Shown piece by piece: positions 17,694 through 26,981 of a stretch of 31,622 bases of DNA. Where the stretch lies: positions 1 through 31,622 of the forward strand of contig CAXBPH010000056.1 in the NCBI GenBank assembly GCA_963977445.1. Direction: 5' to 3'. The notes under the pieces were generated by a model, which was given only the letters and a program-made list of their open reading frames with translations, was not told where the DNA came from and made no database searches. Within the stretch, counting starts at the first letter, position 1, and each line of letters starts with the position of its first letter. The stretch comes from an uncultured bacterium. Lineage in GTDB: Bacteria > Hydrogenedentota > Hydrogenedentia > Hydrogenedentales > JAEUWI01. The translations under genes were made by a program, and so were the position numbers.

Positions 17694-19019
17694 CTACCGG
17701 ACATTTTTAATGCAATTGCCCTGCTGTAGTCCGTCGGTGCGGGATTCTTCGTGCCCCCTTGCAAGATCTAATGATTCGCCTTCGCGAACCCAGCCCTCGT
17801 CGAAGGCCACATGTTTTATAGTCTCGTCGGGCGACGGGGTGTAGGTATAGGTGACATGAATTTGTCCATCGCGGGTCTGTATTGCCGAGGGATAGGACGC
17901 GTGCGGGTGATTTCCATCGGGGGCCGTGCTGTCTTCCAGGTACCGTTTCCACGGCCATGTATGCCCTTCATCTTCCGAGAGGTAGACGGCCAGTCGGGAA
18001 CGCCCATGTCGACCGTCAATTCCCGTCAGGTCGTTACATACGAGCAGCCAGTGGCCATTCTTCAAGGCGAGTAGGGCAACACTGGAGTCGGGGTTGGGAA
18101 TGGCAAGATCATAGAACTTTGTCCAATTCATCCCTCCGTCGCCAGACTCGGCCACACGGATTCTCTTGTTGGGACTCTTGTCGCGGCCGTAGGCGACCAC
18201 GGTGCCATCTTTCCGCTGGAGTAAGGCGGGTTGGATTAGCCCATAGTCTGCCATGGGGGCACCATAGTGCCAGGTGGCCCCGCCATCGTCGGTGTAACAG
18301 GTCAGGGAGGTAAGATAGACGTCGGAATAGAGGCCAATGGCCATGCGGGTATCGGACAACATGATGGGCGCGCACCGGGGCATCCAGGAAAGCATGGTCG
18401 AAAGTCTGCCGATGGTGGGTTCCTTCCGTCCTTCCAGGTAGGTGTCGTCAAAACGGGCCATCCGAAGGCCATGTTCGAGACGACTGCGGTACTTGTCTTC
18501 GCTATCGAAGGCGGCACCGAACTTGGCATCCACACCGGCCGCCATCTTTTCCATGGACTGACGCAGCTGTTTTGGTTCCTGAAATATACTGTCATTCCAC
18601 GTCCACACCGGAGCCCCTTCCCCTTCATAGTCGGTGGCGGTGCGGTAATTGAGGATGTAGGTCTCCCGGGTGTTGGCGAGGGAGGAAACCCACCACAGAA
18701 ACAGGGTGCCCGAGGGGTCGATGAATAGAACGGGATTCTGATCGGGCAAACCGGGCTTGTCGGCCATGAGGAAGGGACGACTCCATTTCGATGCACCGGG
18801 GGCCTTTCGCGCACCAAGTACTACGAGGGTGTCGTCACCTTTCTCTCCACTGCCATGAAACCACGCGGCCAGGAGAGCGCCTTCCGGGCTTTCCACAATC
18901 GTCGAACTGTGATTGTGGACTTTTTCTGGCGAGAAAATGAGCTCCTCGTTCAAAACTGGTCCAGCGGAAAGAGACAGGGTGATGATGGCCCCGACCAGCA
19001 AACAATTCATAGGTAACAA
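17694..19019 (-). CDS. Secreted sialidase-like BNR/Asp-box protein
   Basis: Signal peptide, HNHSSTIVE, Asp boxes YTDDGGATW, ESGDGGMNW, LSEDEGHTW, C-terminal SYPS. Confidence 0.88.
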   Translation of the reverse strand: MLPMNCLLVGAIITLSLSAGPVLNEELIFSPEKVHNHSSTIVESPEGALLAAWFHGSGEKGDDTLVVLGARKAPGASKWSRPFLMADKPGLPDQNPVLFIDPSGTLFLWWVSSLANTRETYILNYRTATDYEGEGAPVWTWNDSIFQEPKQLRQSMEKMAAGVDAKFGAAFDSEDKYRSRLEHGLRMARFDDTYLEGRKEPTIGRLSTMLSWMPRCAPIMLSDTRMAIGLYSDVYLTSLTCYTDDGGATWHYGAPMADYGLIQPALLQRKDGTVVAYGRDKSPNKRIRVAESGDGGMNWTKFYDLAIPNPDSSVALLALKNGHWLLVCNDLTGIDGRHGRSRLAVYLSEDEGHTWPWKRYLEDSTAPDGNHPHASYPSAIQTRDGQIHVTYTYTPSPDETIKHVAFDEGWVREGESLDLARGHEESRTDGLQQGNCIKNVR

Positions 19020-19047
19020 CTCCCGAGTGGTCGTCCAAGACCCGCGA

Positions 19048-20295
19048 TTACATGACGTGCAGGACTTCCCGTCCCCGTCCCTGGGCGATCAATGAGGTGT
19101 AGGTCTTTAAGTCCTCATGGATTTTCGGGTCGGTCAGGTCCAGTGTGACACCCCGTTCGGCAGCCATGTAGGCAGCCTGGCACAACCACGTAACCTTCAG
19201 GCCGTATTCAAAATTCAGGAAGGCGTCGTGACCGGCACGGAAACAGCGCACCGCGTCTTCAATTTCATCGACATAGCCGTATAAATCGGCCTCATTGGGC
19301 TCGACCGTGAGAAGGCCCCGCGTTGCCGTAGATTTCTCCAGTGCCGTCTCGGCATCGGCAACGGCATCGGCGGCTTCGTCCCCCACAAATACCTGGAGGG
19401 GCGTCTGGAGGGTATTCAGCTCAAAGGCGTAGCCGGGGCCCATACCGTCCATAAAGAGGCGCATACCCTGTTTGTCATACATCCAGGAGTTCGTAAACTG
19501 GGCCTTAGAGCGCTGCCCCGTTTCCGGATTTTCAAAGGTAATAATACCGGTGGCGAAATCTTCTGCCGGTGCCTGGCCGTAGTCGATACCCATGCGATCG
19601 AGGAGGTTCTTCTGCCCCACTTTGGTGCCCCACTTCAGCAGGCTCGTGTCGGCACTCACGGAAATGGGCTTCAAGAAATCGACGGGTTTGCCATAGGGCG
19701 TGAGGACATACCAGCCCACAGCGATGCTGTGGCAGCCCATGTCGCTTAATACACCGCCGCCCTGGCGCACGGGATCCCAGAACCAGGGTTCATGGGGTCC
19801 GCAGTGCTCTTCGGAACTGCGGGCAAGGGACAAGGGCCCCATGCTTTCCTGCTGGGGCTTGATTTGTGCGAGGGCGGCCCGGATGCCCTTCATGTGAATC
19901 TGGTTTTCGAAATACGCCGTGGGTACACCGGCCTCTTTCGCCAGATCCACCAGGGTCTGGGCTTCGGCAACGGTCCGTCCCAGGGGTTTTTCGATAATGA
20001 TGCCCTTGAGGGCCGCGCCCGCTTTTACGGCATCCACCACGGCACCCATGGTGTCGATGCGGGTGTAGTTGGGGCTGAAGATACAAACCGCGTCGACGTT
20101 GTTGCAGAGCTCGGCGATGCTGTCATAGACCGTGCACTCCCCCACGCCCAATTCGTTGGCCAGGGCCTTGAGTTTCGGTCCGCTGTTGGGTGAATAAACA
20201 CCGGCCAGATCTACGCCCCGGACAAGCTGGAGGGCCTTGGCGTGAAAGCGGGAAATGAATCCGGCACCAATAATGCCGAGTTTAAAGTTGCTCAT
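19048..20295 (-). CDS. Gfo/Idh/MocA family oxidoreductase
   Basis: GIIGAGFIS Rossmann motif, IEKPL, GGGVLSDMGCH; GGAAGGA RBS before MSNFK. Confidence 0.92.
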   Translation of the reverse strand: MSNFKLGIIGAGFISRFHAKALQLVRGVDLAGVYSPNSGPKLKALANELGVGECTVYDSIAELCNNVDAVCIFSPNYTRIDTMGAVVDAVKAGAALKGIIIEKPLGRTVAEAQTLVDLAKEAGVPTAYFENQIHMKGIRAALAQIKPQQESMGPLSLARSSEEHCGPHEPWFWDPVRQGGGVLSDMGCHSIAVGWYVLTPYGKPVDFLKPISVSADTSLLKWGTKVGQKNLLDRMGIDYGQAPAEDFATGIITFENPETGQRSKAQFTNSWMYDKQGMRLFMDGMGPGYAFELNTLQTPLQVFVGDEAADAVADAETALEKSTATRGLLTVEPNEADLYGYVDEIEDAVRCFRAGHDAFLNFEYGLKVTWLCQAAYMAAERGVTLDLTDPKIHEDLKTYTSLIAQGRGREVLHVM

Positions 20296-20551
20296 TGTAC
20301 TTCCTTCCGCAGTCGGTGGGCGTGGTGACCCGGTCATGAAAAGACCATTATAGGAGAGGGTCCGCTGGTGTCACAAGCTGGTGTTTATGGCATTGGACGA
20401 TCGGTATGGCCGTTCTTCACCAATGGGCGCTTTGGAAGTGCTTGCGCCGATCACAGTTTTCCGAAGTTGGACGGACTACGATTCATTTTTCGCGTTGGTC
20501 GTCCCTGTGCTAGGATTCAACGTCCCCTTTTTCCATACGATAGGAATTAAC

Positions 20552-21772
20552 ATGAAATCGATTTCCTTTATCTTACGCACCGCAGCACTCCTGACCTTGA
20601 CGAGCCTGGCAAGCCATGCCGCTGACGACGTAGCCCGCATCCCGTTCGAGGTGGAGCTGAGTACGGTCATGGAATATAACGGGGGCGACTACCTCTGGTT
20701 TCATCCCCGTGTCTCCCCTCTGCCTGGCCTTGGAAAAGACGGGCAGTCTGCCGCCATCATGACCTTTCAAAAGCATCTCTTTGTGTCTGACTATTACTCG
20801 GGGCTCAGTTATAAGACGACTGACGATAGCGGCAAGACGTGGTCGGAGACCCAGACGCCCGAATCGCTGGCCTGGGTAAAAGAGGAAAGTGGGGTCAACG
20901 TCTCCCCGGCCGACATGACGCCCGGTTGGCATGCCGCCACGGGAACCGTCCTCAATGTGGGGGCAGAAGTGCGCTACTCTCCCGAGGGACTGCAACTGGC
21001 GGACATCAAGCGGGCCCATCAGACGACGTATACTGTCTATGACCCGAAAGCGAAAGCCTGGTCCAAGTTACGTCGTGTTGAGATGCCGCCCGACGATAGA
21101 TTCGATGTGGCCCGTTCCGCCTGTGCCCAGTGGGTCGACTTGAATGATGGCACCGTGCTCCTGCCCTTCTATTTCGCGCCGACGGAGCAGGTTCCCCATA
21201 GCGTGATGGTCGCTCAGTTTGCCTTTGATGGTAAGGATCTCACCTACCTCCGTCATGGAAATGAAATGGAACTCGATCTGGTCCGCGGGCTGGTGGAGCC
21301 GTCGCTCATCAAATTTCAGGATACCTTCTACCTGACTATCCGCAACGACGAGCGGGCCTATGTTACGACGAGCACGGATGGCCTGCAATTCGCGCCCATC
21401 CAGCCCTGGACCTTTGACGATGGTTCGGAACTCGGCAGCTACAACACGCAACAACATTGGGCCGTGGCACCGGCGGGTGGGCTTTTTCTCGTTTATACAC
21501 GGCGGGGTGCGGACAATGACCACATCATGCGGAATCGTGCTCCCCTGTTCATGGCGCAGGTGAACCCCGATACCTTGCAGGTCATCCGCGAGACCGAAAA
21601 AATTCTCGTTCCGGAGCGGAGTGCTGGTCTGGGAAATTTTGGCGTAGCGTCAGTGGGCGACGAATCGTGGATTACGGTCTCCGAAGGTATCTTCACGGAA
21701 GAGGCCAGGAAAGGCCCCGCCACCGGTGCCACCTTTCTCGCACGGGTGATTTGGGGCACGCCTGCTAAATAG
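20552..21772 (+). CDS. Secreted sialidase-family beta-propeller protein
   Basis: MKSISF signal peptide, TTDDSGKTW, RGLVEPSL, TSTDGLQF, SYNTQQHW, RNRAPL, LGNFG; AGGA RBS. Confidence 0.82.
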   Translation: MKSISFILRTAALLTLTSLASHAADDVARIPFEVELSTVMEYNGGDYLWFHPRVSPLPGLGKDGQSAAIMTFQKHLFVSDYYSGLSYKTTDDSGKTWSETQTPESLAWVKEESGVNVSPADMTPGWHAATGTVLNVGAEVRYSPEGLQLADIKRAHQTTYTVYDPKAKAWSKLRRVEMPPDDRFDVARSACAQWVDLNDGTVLLPFYFAPTEQVPHSVMVAQFAFDGKDLTYLRHGNEMELDLVRGLVEPSLIKFQDTFYLTIRNDERAYVTTSTDGLQFAPIQPWTFDDGSELGSYNTQQHWAVAPAGGLFLVYTRRGADNDHIMRNRAPLFMAQVNPDTLQVIRETEKILVPERSAGLGNFGVASVGDESWITVSEGIFTEEARKGPATGATFLARVIWGTPAK

Positions 21773-21817
21773 CCTGATGGCGTTTTGATCGTAACAATGT
21801 GGTTGAGGGATGTAGTC

Positions 21818-22198
21818 ATGGATCAACGAAAACTTGCCTGGCTTCTGTTGGGGTTGTGGGCGGCTATCTACACGTGGTCCATCGTGGCCACACAGCTTAT
21901 CGCACCGGCAAGCGACGGTTTCACCCAGGGCCTCAACCGGATCGCCACATTCTTCGGTTGGCAACTGCTGGCTTCTCTGGTCTCCCTTTTCCTCTGGTGG
22001 GCGGGCCGTTCCTTTGTTCCTGGCTCTGCGGGCCATTGGGTCTCCCGGATACCCCTCGGTCTGGCGATGCTGTTGCTGATCGCATGTGGGGGCCTTATCG
22101 TTTGGGGTAACCTCTCCAAGCCCTCCCCCGAAGGTTACCAACCCAATCCGCTACCCAACGCAACGACGGTCCCCATAGTGAAAGAGCCTGTCGAATGA
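21818..22198 (+). CDS. Hypothetical 3-TM membrane protein
   Basis: Hydrophobic segments around DGFTQGLNRIATFFGWQ; GAGGGA RBS. Confidence 0.7.
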   Translation: MDQRKLAWLLLGLWAAIYTWSIVATQLIAPASDGFTQGLNRIATFFGWQLLASLVSLFLWWAGRSFVPGSAGHWVSRIPLGLAMLLLIACGGLIVWGNLSKPSPEGYQPNPLPNATTVPIVKEPVE

Positions 22199-22315
22199 CC
22201 GTATTTGAGTCCAAGGCAGAATTGTGAGGAAGGGGATAAAAATTCAGACTTGATCGCTATTCCGTTTCCTTGTTACTGTTCAGACCTCAAAATTCAATAA
22301 AACCCGGAGAGAGCA

Positions 22316-23935
22316 ATGGAACCAGCAGTCGCAATCGCAACGTCCTTCAGAACGTTGGACATCATAGTAATCCTGGCCTATTTTGGCGCTATTACCGTTG
22401 CGGGCATCTATTTTGCCCGGAAGAAGAACAATACAACGGAGGAGTACTTTCTCGGAGGTCGAAACTTTCCCGCCTGGGCTATTGGTCTTTCCATGGTGGG
22501 CACGTCCATCAGTTCGGTGTCTTTTCTGGCCTATCCGGCAGATGCCTACAAGACGGCTTATCTTCGCCTGCTACTGACCTTTACCCTGCCCATCGGCGTG
22601 CTTGTCGCGTCGATTTTCTTTTTGCCCTTTTTCCGGCGCGGACAAGTTACTTCCGCCTATGAATATCTGGAAGGGCGTTTTGGCGCGGGTACCCGCCTCT
22701 ATGCAGCGATTGCCTTCCTGATTACCCAGGTCGTGCGCCTGGGCATGATCTTATATCTCCTTTCGGTGTTGGTGTCCCACCTCACCGGCCTTGACCCCTA
22801 CCTGTGTATCGTTCTTGGTGGCCTCTTTGTGGCCTTCTACACGGTTGTCGGTGGTATTGAGGCGGTGGTCTGGACGGACGTGGCCCAGACGATCGTATTG
22901 CTATTAGGCGGTTTCGTCTGCCTTTACTTTATCGTGAGCAAGCTGGATGGTGGTTTCAGTGAAATCATCAGTGTGGCCAATGCCAACCACAAATTCAGTT
23001 TCTCCGAAGTGGAAATCGGTGCCGAAGGCGCGATCACGGTCTTACCCATGTCGTGGGACGTCGATTTTTATCGCAAAACCGGTACGATGATGCTGCTCGT
23101 GGGCCTGACCAACTGGCTGTTCGAATACAGCACGAACCAGAACATCGTGCAGCGCTATTGCGCCTCCCGTTCCGCAAAAGACGCCCGAAGGGCCATGTGG
23201 ATCTGCTGTGCAGCCAGTATTCCAATCTGGGGCTATTTCATGTTCCTTGGTACGGCCCTCTACGCGTACTACCAGGCCCACCCAACTCCCGAAGCCATGG
23301 ACATGCTGGTGGGTGCCAATGGGCGTGCCGCAGAGAACATCCTGCCCTACTTCGTGTTGAACGTGTTGCCGGCCGGTGTGTCGGGACTGGTGATTGCCGC
23401 CGTTATGGCCGCGGCCATGTCCTCCCTCGATTCCAGTATCAGTTCCGTTTCGACGGTGAGTGTGGTGGATATTTATCGTCGGCACATTAAGAAGGACGCC
23501 GATGACGCCCACTACCTTCGCGCTGCGAAACTCTTTGCCGGCTTGGCCGGTGTGTTGATGATTAGTTCCGCTATCCTCTTCAAGATGTATGAGGGTAAAA
23601 CCCTGCAGGATACGGCCACAACACTGACGGCCTTGGCCGCCGGTGGTCTCCTGGGCCTTTATATGCTTGGCTTCTTCACGAAACTGGGCGATGGCCGGGC
23701 AATTTTCGCGGGTATCGTGTGTACCGTATGTTTCAGCATATTCAGTTCGTTGAAACAGATGAACATCATTCCCATGGATGCTATTTTGCCCATTGACCTC
23801 TACTATACGGGCGTCATTGGCCACGTCATCATGTTTGTCTTCGGTTTTGGTGCGGCGCTCCTGATTCCGGCCAAGAAAGACCGTGATTTGACCAATCTGA
23901 CGGTGTGGACACAAGATGGAAAGCCCCTCGACTAA
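22316..23935 (+). CDS. Sodium:solute symporter (SSS family)
   Basis: EYFLGGR, SAYEYLEGRFG, GGIEAVVWTD, QNIVQRY, AAAMSSLDS. Confidence 0.95.
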   Translation: MEPAVAIATSFRTLDIIVILAYFGAITVAGIYFARKKNNTTEEYFLGGRNFPAWAIGLSMVGTSISSVSFLAYPADAYKTAYLRLLLTFTLPIGVLVASIFFLPFFRRGQVTSAYEYLEGRFGAGTRLYAAIAFLITQVVRLGMILYLLSVLVSHLTGLDPYLCIVLGGLFVAFYTVVGGIEAVVWTDVAQTIVLLLGGFVCLYFIVSKLDGGFSEIISVANANHKFSFSEVEIGAEGAITVLPMSWDVDFYRKTGTMMLLVGLTNWLFEYSTNQNIVQRYCASRSAKDARRAMWICCAASIPIWGYFMFLGTALYAYYQAHPTPEAMDMLVGANGRAAENILPYFVLNVLPAGVSGLVIAAVMAAAMSSLDSSISSVSTVSVVDIYRRHIKKDADDAHYLRAAKLFAGLAGVLMISSAILFKMYEGKTLQDTATTLTALAAGGLLGLYMLGFFTKLGDGRAIFAGIVCTVCFSIFSSLKQMNIIPMDAILPIDLYYTGVIGHVIMFVFGFGAALLIPAKKDRDLTNLTVWTQDGKPLD

Positions 23936-24009
23936 GGGAACGGAAAAAAAATACGCGAAATCTTTAAATTTACCGTCCGTATGCTTGAATTCATACAAAG
24001 GATTTTTAT

Positions 24010-24357
24010 ATGATATCGCCTCCCCCTGAGCGGCGCTTACGCATCAGCGAAGTCAGTGAAATGACTGGAGTTGCTATACACCTGCTCCGACAGTGGGAAG
24101 AGAAAATACCACAGTTGAAACCCAGACGGGATCGGGCCAATCGTCGCTACTATCTTGAAAAAGATATCGCGATAATTCGCCGAATCAAACACCTCGTGCG
24201 CCACGAAAAAATGGCGCTGGATGGTGTGAAGATTCGGATAGCCCAAGAACTTCACGGTGAAGGTCGCCCCCGGACACGACAAGAAGCGATTGACTTAGTT
24301 GATCGCATCGAAAGCGAAGTCCGCGGGATGCTTAAACTGCTCGATTCCGAAGAATAA
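24010..24357 (+). CDS. MerR family HTH regulator
   Basis: ISEVSEMTGVAIHLLRQWE..IPQLKP.R....RRYY...DI; type commonly found next to tRNA-Pro. Confidence 0.9.
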   Translation: MISPPPERRLRISEVSEMTGVAIHLLRQWEEKIPQLKPRRDRANRRYYLEKDIAIIRRIKHLVRHEKMALDGVKIRIAQELHGEGRPRTRQEAIDLVDRIESEVRGMLKLLDSEE

Positions 24358-24373
24358 CTGACCAATTTTCGGT

Positions 24374-24452
24374 CGGGGTGTGGCCTAGTCCGGCTTAAGG
24401 CGCTCGCCTGGGGGGCGAGAGAACGGAGGTTCGAATCCTCTCACCCCGACCA
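24374..24452 (+). tRNA. tRNA-Pro (GGG)
   Basis: Acceptor CGGGGTG/CACCCCG, anticodon arm CTCGC-CTGGGGG-GCGAG, T arm GGTTCGAATCC, encoded CCA. Confidence 0.97.
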
Positions 24453-24468
24453 TTTATAACTCTTGCTG

Positions 24469-24481
24469 AATCAGTAACTTA
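24469..24481 (+). promoter_or_regulatory. IHF site in the att arm
   Basis: AATCAGTAACTTA matches WATCARNNNNTTR exactly. Confidence 0.7.
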
Positions 24482-24528
24482 GACTGATACCCGACATCAC
24501 GTTGGAGCGGCTAAACCTATTAGGTTAC

Positions 24529-24545
24529 GCGGATAAATTATCCGC
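24529..24545. repeat. Integrase arm-type palindrome (left)
   Basis: GCGGATAA-A-TTATCCGC, mirrored at 31542-31557. Confidence 0.7.
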
Positions 24546-24566
24546 AGACTTAAAGGAGCCCGCACG

Positions 24567-25754
24567 ATGTCAGCAACAAAGACCCCCCAAAAGCCATCCC
24601 CCAAGACCCCCTCCCTTCGCCTTCACAAGCTATCCAAGCGTGCATTCGTCGAAATTGAAAAGCGGCGTATCTACCTTGGGCGCTATGGCGACCCCGAAGC
24701 GACCGAAGCCTACCACCGGCTCATTGCCGAATGGGTGGCGAACGGCTACCGGCTTCCCGTTTCCGAGAATGAAATCACTATGGCCGAGGTGATTGCCGAA
24801 TATCTGGACTATGCCAAGACCTACTATCACGACCACCGGACCGGCGGGCCATCGTCCACCTATACCGAAATCAAGGTTTCAGTAGACCCGATAAAAAATC
24901 TGTATGGTCGGGTGGAAGCGGTGAAGTTTGGCCCCGTGGCCTTGCGGGCCATCCGTCAACAGTGGATAGATCGCGGGCTTGCGATTACGACAATCAACTC
25001 TTACACCGGCAACGTCAAGCAGATGTGTAAATGGGCGGCTTCCCACCAACTGATTCCCATATCGGTACACACCGGCCTACAGACCCTTACCGGCCTGCGT
25101 AGAGGCCGAGGTGTGGGGAAAGACCCTGTAGCCCGTCTACCTGTCCCCCTGGAGCACGTAGAGGCGACTATCCCCCACCTTCCACGACAACTGCAAGCCA
25201 TTGTTCGGCTATTGCTGGTGACTGGTGCCCGGCCTTCGGAGATCTTGAACCTGAAGCGGGCTGATATCGACACCAATGGCCCCGTCTGGACCGCAATCCT
25301 TCGGCACCACAAGACCAGCTATAAAGGAAAGGAGCGGCGGCTATACTTTGGCCCGCGCGCGCAATCGGCCCTGCGTCCCTTCCTGCTACGTCCCGATGAT
25401 GCCTATATGTTTTCACCGCAAGAGGCCGAGCGGGAACGGTACCAACGGCAGGCCGAGGATGCCGTAGGACGGCGGGAGAATCAGAAACCGAACGCACGAC
25501 GGACGGAGCGGCGCGTAGGCGAGAAATATAGCCCGACCGGCCTTAATATCGCCATCGGGCGGGTGTGTGAAAAGCACAGCATCCCCAAGTGGACGCCCTA
25601 CCAAATCCGGCACCTTGCAGCGACCACCATTGAAGCGACGGCAGACATGGAGACGGCCAAGGCCATCTTGGGGCATAGTGGGCTCGATATCACCCAGATT
25701 TATGTGCATCGGGACAACAAGACGGCGGCAGCATGGGCGGCAAGCCACGGTTAA
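24567..25754 (+). CDS. Tyrosine recombinase/integrase
   Basis: TGARPSE (R), HKT (K), PYQIRH, LGH, TQIY (Y); directly after the tRNA; AAGGAG RBS. Confidence 0.95.
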   Translation: MSATKTPQKPSPKTPSLRLHKLSKRAFVEIEKRRIYLGRYGDPEATEAYHRLIAEWVANGYRLPVSENEITMAEVIAEYLDYAKTYYHDHRTGGPSSTYTEIKVSVDPIKNLYGRVEAVKFGPVALRAIRQQWIDRGLAITTINSYTGNVKQMCKWAASHQLIPISVHTGLQTLTGLRRGRGVGKDPVARLPVPLEHVEATIPHLPRQLQAIVRLLLVTGARPSEILNLKRADIDTNGPVWTAILRHHKTSYKGKERRLYFGPRAQSALRPFLLRPDDAYMFSPQEAERERYQRQAEDAVGRRENQKPNARRTERRVGEKYSPTGLNIAIGRVCEKHSIPKWTPYQIRHLAATTIEATADMETAKAILGHSGLDITQIYVHRDNKTAAAWAASHG

Positions 25755-25891
25755 GCTATACTGACTCTTGCCGGGGCCTAGGATGGCCCCCGAACGCGCG
25801 GAACCGTAACGCGTTGGCCCCGGCATTACTTCAATACGGGCAACCGACGGAGTTGCAGAAAGTGAAATTTTCTAAATCGACTATTGAGGCA

Positions 25892-26512
25892 ATGAAACAG
25901 GCAGAAAGCGCGTTGTTCAATTCAGCGTTAGATTTGGACGCGCTTCTAGGGAAATTGCCAAGGTCTTTCTTGGGAATAGAAAAAGACCGTGATCTTATGA
26001 GGGAATTCTATGCTTGGCTCATGACAGCGGAAGAACTTTTGAGGGACTTGCCTAGAGCAGTCAATCATATGTGGACTCGTACGCAACTGGTTTCTATCCA
26101 TCGATCTGTCTTGGATATCTCACACACTCAAGCATATGATGTTGAGAATACAACAATTGAAACGCTTATCGAAATTATGAAAAGCATGTGTGCTGAAGCG
26201 CTTACTGACACTATACGCGACCTCAGAAATTTGAGGGACTCAATGGAGTTTTCTGTAGAAGAGGTGACCATTTCGACGGAAGTAGACCCAGGTATTGAAA
26301 AAAGTGAATTGGTAACGTCGCTATGTGACCTACTCACCGGCATGACGCGCAGTAATGCCGGTAACCGAATAGACCGGGCAGTAAAAGCTGGTGAATTGCA
26401 AGAAATCGGTGGCAAGCGATACAGCCAAGAGAGTGCAATGGCGTTTCTATCAGTCCAAAAGCCTGTACAGCCTCGCAAGACGGATTACGACGAATTGGAG
26501 ATTGATTCCTAG
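25892..26512 (+). CDS. Hypothetical protein with C-terminal HTH-like domain (putative element regulator)
   Basis: AT-richer ORF after int; C-terminus MTRSNAGNRIDRAVKAGELQEIGGKRYSQESAMAFL resembles HTH plus wing; start uncertain. Confidence 0.6.
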   Translation: MKQAESALFNSALDLDALLGKLPRSFLGIEKDRDLMREFYAWLMTAEELLRDLPRAVNHMWTRTQLVSIHRSVLDISHTQAYDVENTTIETLIEIMKSMCAEALTDTIRDLRNLRDSMEFSVEEVTISTEVDPGIEKSELVTSLCDLLTGMTRSNAGNRIDRAVKAGELQEIGGKRYSQESAMAFLSVQKPVQPRKTDYDELEIDS

Positions 26513-26551
26513 AGTGAATAGCCTTCACTAGTTTTCACTGATTTTCAGATT

Positions 26552-26578
26552 AGCCCCGTTTTTCGGGGCTTTTCTTTT
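26552..26578 (+). terminator. Intrinsic terminator
   Basis: AGCCCCG-TTTTT-CGGGGCT followed by TTTCTTTT. Confidence 0.75.
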
Positions 26579-26660
26579 GTTCGTTTTCACAAAAACTGTG
26601 AAGCCCTAAGAAATTGTAAAGTCCATGCATCAACCGCAAGAAACGCGAAAGGATGCAGAA

Positions 26661-26981
26661 ATGGATTATCTTAGTCTAAGCCAAGCAGCAAAAGCAGTCC
26701 CGGCCATCGACGGGAAACGACCATCTATCTCCACGATTTATCGATGGATGACCCAAGGGGTTCGGGGGGTAACACTGGAGCACCGGCGGATTGGTCGGCG
26801 CGTTGTCACAACCGCAGCGGCCCTTGAGGAATTCTTCAAGAAAACTGCCGAGAGCCCGAGACGGCAGAATCGCCCCCAAGCCCGAACGACTACCCGAACG
26901 ACAAAGCAGCGAGAGCGGGACGTAGCGCGCGCCTATGCCCGCCTGGAAGCCCATGGTCTCAGTGAAGGAGGCGCGGCATGA
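26661..26981 (+). CDS. DUF1580 / AlpA-excisionase-like winged-helix protein
   Basis: YLSLSQAAK..P...GKRPSISTIYRWMTQGVRGVTLEHRRIGRRVVTTAAALEEF; AAGGA RBS (alternative start 26625). Confidence 0.85.
   Translation: MDYLSLSQAAKAVPAIDGKRPSISTIYRWMTQGVRGVTLEHRRIGRRVVTTAAALEEFFKKTAESPRRQNRPQARTTTRTTKQRERDVARAYARLEAHGLSEGGAA

Noticed and set aside
17262..17710. ORFs of 134, 86 and 65 aa across the inverted-repeat element
   Set aside because: No RBS or recognisable domain; the sequence is better explained by base-pairing structure
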